Assembly: GCA_964230645.1 (NCBI GenBank)
Contig: CAXRHT010000002.1
Location: 1-64,000, forward strand
Length of the DNA: 64,000 bases
Source of the DNA: Bdellovibrionales bacterium
Lineage (GTDB): Bacteria; Bdellovibrionota; Bdellovibrionia; Bdellovibrionales; JAGQZY01
Direction of reading: 5' to 3'
Program-made: the position numbers and the translations under genes
Notes under the pieces: generated by a model
The model's input: the letters and a program-made list of their open reading frames with translations, nothing else
The model's database searches: none
Told to the model about the DNA's origin: nothing
Shown: positions 58,921 through 64,000 of the stretch, piece by piece
Layout of the letters: every line of letters starts with the position of its first letter
How positions within the stretch are numbered: position 1 is the stretch's first letter

Positions 58921-61818
58921 CTACTTTGTAGTCATGGTGAAGACACCATCCCAATTTTTTCCTGGAGATTCTTTCATATAATCTTGGCAGCGTTTTATGT
59001 ATAAATGACTGCATTGGTCACTAGCGTCAAAGCTCAGAGCTCTATTAAATTCTTCGATAGCTTTTTCCCATTCTTGCTCGTGATAGAATTCAAAGCCTGA
59101 ATAGAAATGCTCCACCTTTTTTGTCACTTCTTTAGGCACATCTCCCTGAGCCATCAGTTCGTAAATTTTAACAGGCTCATTTTTACCTTTCACTTTCACC
59201 CAGTCAATTTCTCGGTAAAGAAATTCGTCCTTTGAGATCTTCCCGGCAGTGAATTCACTGATAATAATGCGCGTACCATAGAGTTTATTAATTCCCTCAA
59301 GACGTGAGCCTAAATTGACAGAATCTCCCATCACCGTGTAGTTACGCACAGTTTCAGAGCCCATGTTTCCAACACTCATCTCACCCGTATTGATTCCAAT
59401 ACCGATATCGATCATGGGAAGACCACGCTCTTCATAGATTTTTTGAAGCTCAAAAAGTTTATCGATTTGAATAAGGGCTGAGCGGCAGGCCTGGGAGGCA
59501 TGATCTTTTGAGGGAACCGGGGCTCCAAAGAAAGCCATAATCGCATCCCCCATATATTTATCCAGGGTGCCTGAGTTCTTAAAAATAATTTCGGTCATTG
59601 GAGTGAGGTAGTGATTCAAAAGGTCAGAAAGAGCTTTCGGGTCAAGCTTTTCTGAAATCGTGGTGAACCCACGGATGTCGGAGAAGAAAACACTCATCTC
59701 TTGTTTCATTCCACCAAGCTCTAATTTTGAAGGGTCTTTAAGGATCTCGTTTACAATCTCAGGAGACACATACTTTTGAAAAGTTCCTTTGAGTTCTTTT
59801 TTCTTTCTCTCTTCCGTGAAGTATTTAAAAAAGGTGAGGAAAGTATAAAGAAACAAGAGAGTGAAAATAGGAAACAAAATGGTAATGACCGTCCCTTGAG
59901 GGAAGATCAAAAAAGCATCAACAAGATAAACGGAGATCAAAGATATAAATGTAATGATCAAGCCTGGCAAAGCCCCAAAGTAGGAAACAACAAAACTAAA
60001 AACAACACCTAATAGAAATATACCAATTGGCATAAGGTATTCTTCTCTAGGATCTGTTTTTAGAAAATCTTGCCTCAAAAGATTATCGAGCATATTAGCG
60101 TGAGTTTCTACCCCGGGATAATTTTCTTCAAAAGGGGTGACTCGCAGGTCATAGATTCCGGTAGCGGTGGCTCCGAAAACGAAATTTTTATCTTTTAGAT
60201 ATTCTTTCTTGTCGACTTCGAAGACTTGCTCTACCCATTCGCCGTCACTATTTTTTTTCATTTGTTCTACGGTCAAAGTATTCCCGCCATCCAGGATTTC
60301 TGAGGCGCTGAGGTAAGAGAACATTTTCTGTGGACCGGCGTAATTAATAGGTAGCTGGCCCCGGTGGTCTGTAGGGATTGTGAGAACTTCTTTTCCCTCA
60401 CTATTATTAAGTTTTACGTTAGTAACGATATTGGATTCCGCAGGATTTTCATAGGGGTTCGGGATTAGGTTAGCGGTTGGGTAGAGGTCTTTAATGACTA
60501 GAAAAGTCTTAAAGGCAAGACTCGGAATAATAATATTACCACTTCGGACAAATAGTTTAGCTCTTCTAACACTGCCGTCTTTATCCTGAGTGGCATTAAA
60601 AGTTCCAGTATGAACAGTCATCTCAGCGATCGCGGGAATATTAAAAAGCCATCGATCCACATGATGGATAGGGTTGACCAGAGTCGAACTCTTTAAAACA
60701 TAAGAAGCTTGCTCAAAGCTAATCTTAGAGAATTTTTCATACTCTTTTGTAATTTGCGGCCAGTTGTCTTTGAACTTGGGAGTGAGTTCATCTTTGCTGG
60801 TCAGATATCTGAGACAGTAATCGTTGAGCTCTCTTGTCATTTTATCTTTAATTTCAACACGTGTTTGATTGGGGAGAGCTTCACTGAGTTTATTCCAAGT
60901 TAAGTTCCCCTTTTTGCTGTAGTCATCAAAAGCAAAACGATCGCCTTTAATAAAATGGGTGAGGGCTACTAAGCCCTCTTCACTTTCGAAAGAAAGACCT
61001 TGTGATTGAATGTAGGAAACCAGAGGATGATTGGGATTTGATGAGAGCCAATCGGAAGTCACTTCTCGTTGTAGTTCGGCAAAATGCCTAAGAATAATTT
61101 TATGCCAGGTGTGGGGGAGATTGATCTCTGCGGCATTTTGAATGCCGATAAGGTAATCTTCTTTTTCCCAATAATTGTAGACACCGTTACTTTTAGCAAT
61201 ATCAAGAATACAGAGATCCTGGTAAGGATGGGGGCGATAAGAGAACTCATCGTAAACAGCCCCCATGATTAATTGATCGGAGTGTTTATCAATGACCTCA
61301 CTGAGTTTCTTATCATGATCGAAATCGACTTTTTCTTTTTCAAAGACATTGGCGATTAGGCTTTGTTTTTCCGGGATTTGTTGTACTAAGCGTTTTTGAA
61401 CTTGCTCTAAAGAATTCAAAACCGTTTCTTGTTTTTCTGAAAAAATAATATCAAAGGCGATTGTTTTAGCGCCATTTTCCATGATGTCATCAATGACCTG
61501 AGCCATATAGGATCTAGGCCAAGGCCATCTCCCATACTTTTGAATGGCTTTCTCATCAATTGTTAAAACCGCCACGTCATCAGTGCCCGGTCTAGGGCCC
61601 CGTTGTCTCAAGCGAAAATCAATACTCTGATTATGAAGACGTTCGACTTCAGCTAAAAGAGGGTATTGGTCCACGATTTCTGGATCGCGGTAGGACATAT
61701 AATAAAATTTGACTAAACCGGAGAGGAAAAGAGTGAGCAAGCAGCCTACAAACAAAGGGCTTGCCAGCCACGTGGTGATTTTGCCAAAGATGTTTGTCAT
61801 ATCAATAGGTTGAACCAA
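58921..61818 (-). CDS. CHASE2-domain adenylate/guanylate cyclase with C-terminal TPR
   Basis: GRWPWPR, FDIIFSE, DGSVRR, FSDIRGFT, DKYMGDAIMA, YTVMGDSVNLGSRLE. Confidence 0.93.
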   Translation of the reverse strand: MVQPIDMTNIFGKITTWLASPLFVGCLLTLFLSGLVKFYYMSYRDPEIVDQYPLLAEVERLHNQSIDFRLRQRGPRPGTDDVAVLTIDEKAIQKYGRWPWPRSYMAQVIDDIMENGAKTIAFDIIFSEKQETVLNSLEQVQKRLVQQIPEKQSLIANVFEKEKVDFDHDKKLSEVIDKHSDQLIMGAVYDEFSYRPHPYQDLCILDIAKSNGVYNYWEKEDYLIGIQNAAEINLPHTWHKIILRHFAELQREVTSDWLSSNPNHPLVSYIQSQGLSFESEEGLVALTHFIKGDRFAFDDYSKKGNLTWNKLSEALPNQTRVEIKDKMTRELNDYCLRYLTSKDELTPKFKDNWPQITKEYEKFSKISFEQASYVLKSSTLVNPIHHVDRWLFNIPAIAEMTVHTGTFNATQDKDGSVRRAKLFVRSGNIIIPSLAFKTFLVIKDLYPTANLIPNPYENPAESNIVTNVKLNNSEGKEVLTIPTDHRGQLPINYAGPQKMFSYLSASEILDGGNTLTVEQMKKNSDGEWVEQVFEVDKKEYLKDKNFVFGATATGIYDLRVTPFEENYPGVETHANMLDNLLRQDFLKTDPREEYLMPIGIFLLGVVFSFVVSYFGALPGLIITFISLISVYLVDAFLIFPQGTVITILFPIFTLLFLYTFLTFFKYFTEERKKKELKGTFQKYVSPEIVNEILKDPSKLELGGMKQEMSVFFSDIRGFTTISEKLDPKALSDLLNHYLTPMTEIIFKNSGTLDKYMGDAIMAFFGAPVPSKDHASQACRSALIQIDKLFELQKIYEERGLPMIDIGIGINTGEMSVGNMGSETVRNYTVMGDSVNLGSRLEGINKLYGTRIIISEFTAGKISKDEFLYREIDWVKVKGKNEPVKIYELMAQGDVPKEVTKKVEHFYSGFEFYHEQEWEKAIEEFNRALSFDASDQCSHLYIKRCQDYMKESPGKNWDGVFTMTTK

Positions 61819-61950
61819 ACTATAGCCTGAGGCAAGGGAAATGAGGCCTCGACTTTTAGTTAAAACCGAAGGTGCGCATTCGCCAAAACGCTATGAAATC
61901 GGTATTCTAAGACTATCCATTCAATAAACCATGGAAGGGGAGAGGGGCAC

Positions 61951-62325
61951 ATGAAAGCGCAATTGTCGGTGAACGAGGACGTAGTCATAGTCAATTTAAG
62001 CGGTCGTATCGATATGGAGTACACTGATACCTTTCGAGAAGCTCTCCTCAAAGACGTGGGTCGTCGTTCTGACAAAATCATTTTTAATTTGCAGCAATTA
62101 AGTTTTGTTGGCTCCAATGGAATCATGCCTTTTGTATCAGCCCTAGGGGAGCTCGCGAAAAATGAATCCAAAGAACTCCGCTTCTGTGCTGTGAGCTCGG
62201 AATTTAAAAAAATCTTCGCGGCAAGCCCTCTTTCTATGGTGCAAATTTTCGAGGACGAAGATTCTGCCGTGGCATCTTTAAGAAATCTTGATTTTATTGA
62301 AAGTCAGACCAACTCGGGTCGCTAG
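61951..62325 (+). CDS. STAS-domain anti-sigma-factor antagonist
   Basis: LSGRID, LSFVGSNGI, IFEDEDSA; SD GAGGGG. Confidence 0.85.
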   Translation: MKAQLSVNEDVVIVNLSGRIDMEYTDTFREALLKDVGRRSDKIIFNLQQLSFVGSNGIMPFVSALGELAKNESKELRFCAVSSEFKKIFAASPLSMVQIFEDEDSAVASLRNLDFIESQTNSGR

Positions 62326-62335
62326 ATCGTAAAGA

Positions 62336-62547
62336 ACATGTCGTTCTGACCGTACGAAACATGTCGTCCTGAGTGTAAGAAACATGTCGTCCTGCGCAAA
62401 AGCAACATGTCGTCCTGAGCGTAGCGAAGGACCTTAGTCGGGGACTGGTATTGAAAACGGGAGCGCAGTGGTGATAGATTCTTCGCTGCGCTCAGAATGA
62501 CAATTGCTGCGCTCAGAATGACAATTGCTACACTCAGAATGACAATG
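62336..62547. repeat. REP-like inverted-repeat element with 4 x 23-bp left and 3 x 21-bp right tandem arms
   Basis: ACATGTCGTYCTG at 62336/62359/62382/62405; GCTRCRCTCAGAATGACAAT at 62485/62506/62527; the two arm types are near reverse complements. Confidence 0.85.
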
Positions 62548-62557
62548 TGATAGCCTT

Positions 62558-63877
62558 CTAAAGTTGTGAGTACTGGCCAGCAAAAGCGTTTTTAATTTTT
62601 TCCTTTAACTCATTATCTTGAGCCTCTTCTTTTTCTTCACCAGCTTCTTTTTTGTTGTCACTCGGTTCATTAGCCGCTCTATGGGTACGACGTTCAAGCT
62701 TGTCCTTTTGATCAAAACGGCTGAGTTCACGATTGATCTTTTCTAAGCTTTCTGCTCGAAGTTCTGATTTTTCAAGCTTGTCCTGAGCTTCAATCCAAAG
62801 TTTTTGAATAGAGGCGAGTTGTCCTGAGATTTCTTTGTTGTCTTTAGAAAGGCTCAAAAGTTTGCTTTCACAAGTGCTCAATGTATGTTTCTGCTCGGAC
62901 AACTGTTTTTGCAGTTCTTCAATTTCTTTTTGTTGCACCTTGTTTTTGTTGCGCTCCATTTGGCACGCTTCCGACCACTGCGAGTCTTTAGTCTCAAGCT
63001 GTTTTTTAAGCTGAATTTTTTCGTTTTTGAGGATTTGAAGTTGCTCTGTCAAGCTTGTGACCTTGAGGCGGTTTTTCTTTTCCTCGTGAAACTCAAGGTT
63101 TCTCTGTGCAAGCTCATCTTGTAGCTCGTCTTTATCAGACTGCAATCTTTTGTTTTTCTCAAGAGCTTCGGTAAGCTTCTGGTCGATCTCAAAGAGTTTT
63201 GACTGACTGGCTTGTTTAAAGTTTTGAAGCTGCTCTTTAAAGAAGTTTTCTTTCTCGGTAATTTCTTGCTTCAGAAATTCAAAATTTTTCTTTAAAAGGC
63301 GATTGGAAGACTCTGATTTTTTTATGGTTTTTTCATTACTATAAATCCCACCGGCCACTTCTAAAAGAAAGGTGCGAAGTTTTTCTTTGGCGCGAGTACG
63401 AACCTTTCTTGCCACTTCAAGCTTATCTTCTAACTTTTGAATTTCCTTGTGCTTGCGAGAGAGGAGAAGTTGTTGTTCCTTACTTTTTTGCTGGCTGGTG
63501 GTGTGAAGTTCTGAATAGCGCAACTCCATCAGATCCGACTCTGATTTCATCGCCTTCATTTGCTGTTCATTTTTCTTTTGTTTATCCGACCAGATTTTTT
63601 CTTTTTCTTTAATGATCTCCATTTGAGCAAGAACATTTTCTTTTTTCTGCTGAAGATCTTTTATGAGTTTTTCTTTTTTAATGATGTCCAACTCGAGTTG
63701 AGAGTTGCGACGGATGTTCACTTTGAGGCGAGAGGAGAGATCTTCGTTTTGTTGAATTAAAAGTTCAACCGTGGCTGAGTGGAGAATATCCATAGGAATT
63801 TGATCGAGAGAAGGCGGCTCAGGGATCTCTGTGGGGATCGGTACCGGAATCATCTCTTTTTCCAAATTTGTCGACAT
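62558..63877 (-). CDS. Long coiled-coil hypothetical protein
   Basis: K/E/Q/L-rich heptads; SD AAGGAGG; Pro-rich N-terminus. Confidence 0.8.
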   Translation of the reverse strand: MSTNLEKEMIPVPIPTEIPEPPSLDQIPMDILHSATVELLIQQNEDLSSRLKVNIRRNSQLELDIIKKEKLIKDLQQKKENVLAQMEIIKEKEKIWSDKQKKNEQQMKAMKSESDLMELRYSELHTTSQQKSKEQQLLLSRKHKEIQKLEDKLEVARKVRTRAKEKLRTFLLEVAGGIYSNEKTIKKSESSNRLLKKNFEFLKQEITEKENFFKEQLQNFKQASQSKLFEIDQKLTEALEKNKRLQSDKDELQDELAQRNLEFHEEKKNRLKVTSLTEQLQILKNEKIQLKKQLETKDSQWSEACQMERNKNKVQQKEIEELQKQLSEQKHTLSTCESKLLSLSKDNKEISGQLASIQKLWIEAQDKLEKSELRAESLEKINRELSRFDQKDKLERRTHRAANEPSDNKKEAGEEKEEAQDNELKEKIKNAFAGQYSQL

Positions 63878-64000
63878 CCTTCCTCCTTGAAGAGCCTCCA
63901 GACATTCCTTTGTCTGGTAGGCTTATTATCACAACCAGCACGATTTTTGTCCAGAGGGGGAGATCTAGAGTCTAATGAAAACTGGACTAAAGGTTGTGGC

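Noticed and set aside
62336..62427. Possible mini-CRISPR array
   Set aside because: Period is only 23 bp with ~10-nt related variable parts, units are inverted copies of the downstream repeats, and no cas genes are present

Overview
Bacterial chromosome window, probably Bdellovibrionota or a related delta-proteobacterial lineage (inferred from gene content, secreted-protein style and a FliA-like promoter; not confirmed by search). Left part (1 to ~29.48 kb) is a visibly AT-richer accessory island ending at the 3' end of an initiator tRNA-Met (29485-29561, minus), with three phased TGTAGCAAA repeats just inside the boundary. The island carries a MerR/MerC/HMA/thioredoxin module with twin divergent promoters, a cusCBA-cupredoxin-copA-cytochrome-PepSY-permease copper operon flanked by an ECF sigma/anti-sigma pair with twin divergent promoters, a block of secreted enzymes (M23, PAD/agmatine deiminase, M15A), and a czcICBAD-like operon with further cation transporters. 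The first gene is an unusual wHTH-like + signal/TM + 4x AG(GG)[NH]DP-repeat ORF interrupted by an in-frame TAG. Right part (29.8-64 kb) is core genome: lysC (with a probable nested beta subunit), lysA, MscS, DUF885, hybrid kinase, MutS-V, prfC, ABC-2, MFS, GT87, a secreted OPR-like/RAP-like protein, acuI, ffh-rpsP-khpA-rimM-trmD-SPOUT-rplS-rnhB-yraN, lptD, CHASE2 cyclase, STAS, a REP-like element with tandemly amplified arms and a coiled-coil protein. All family calls are from motif recognition by eye; no database searches were run.
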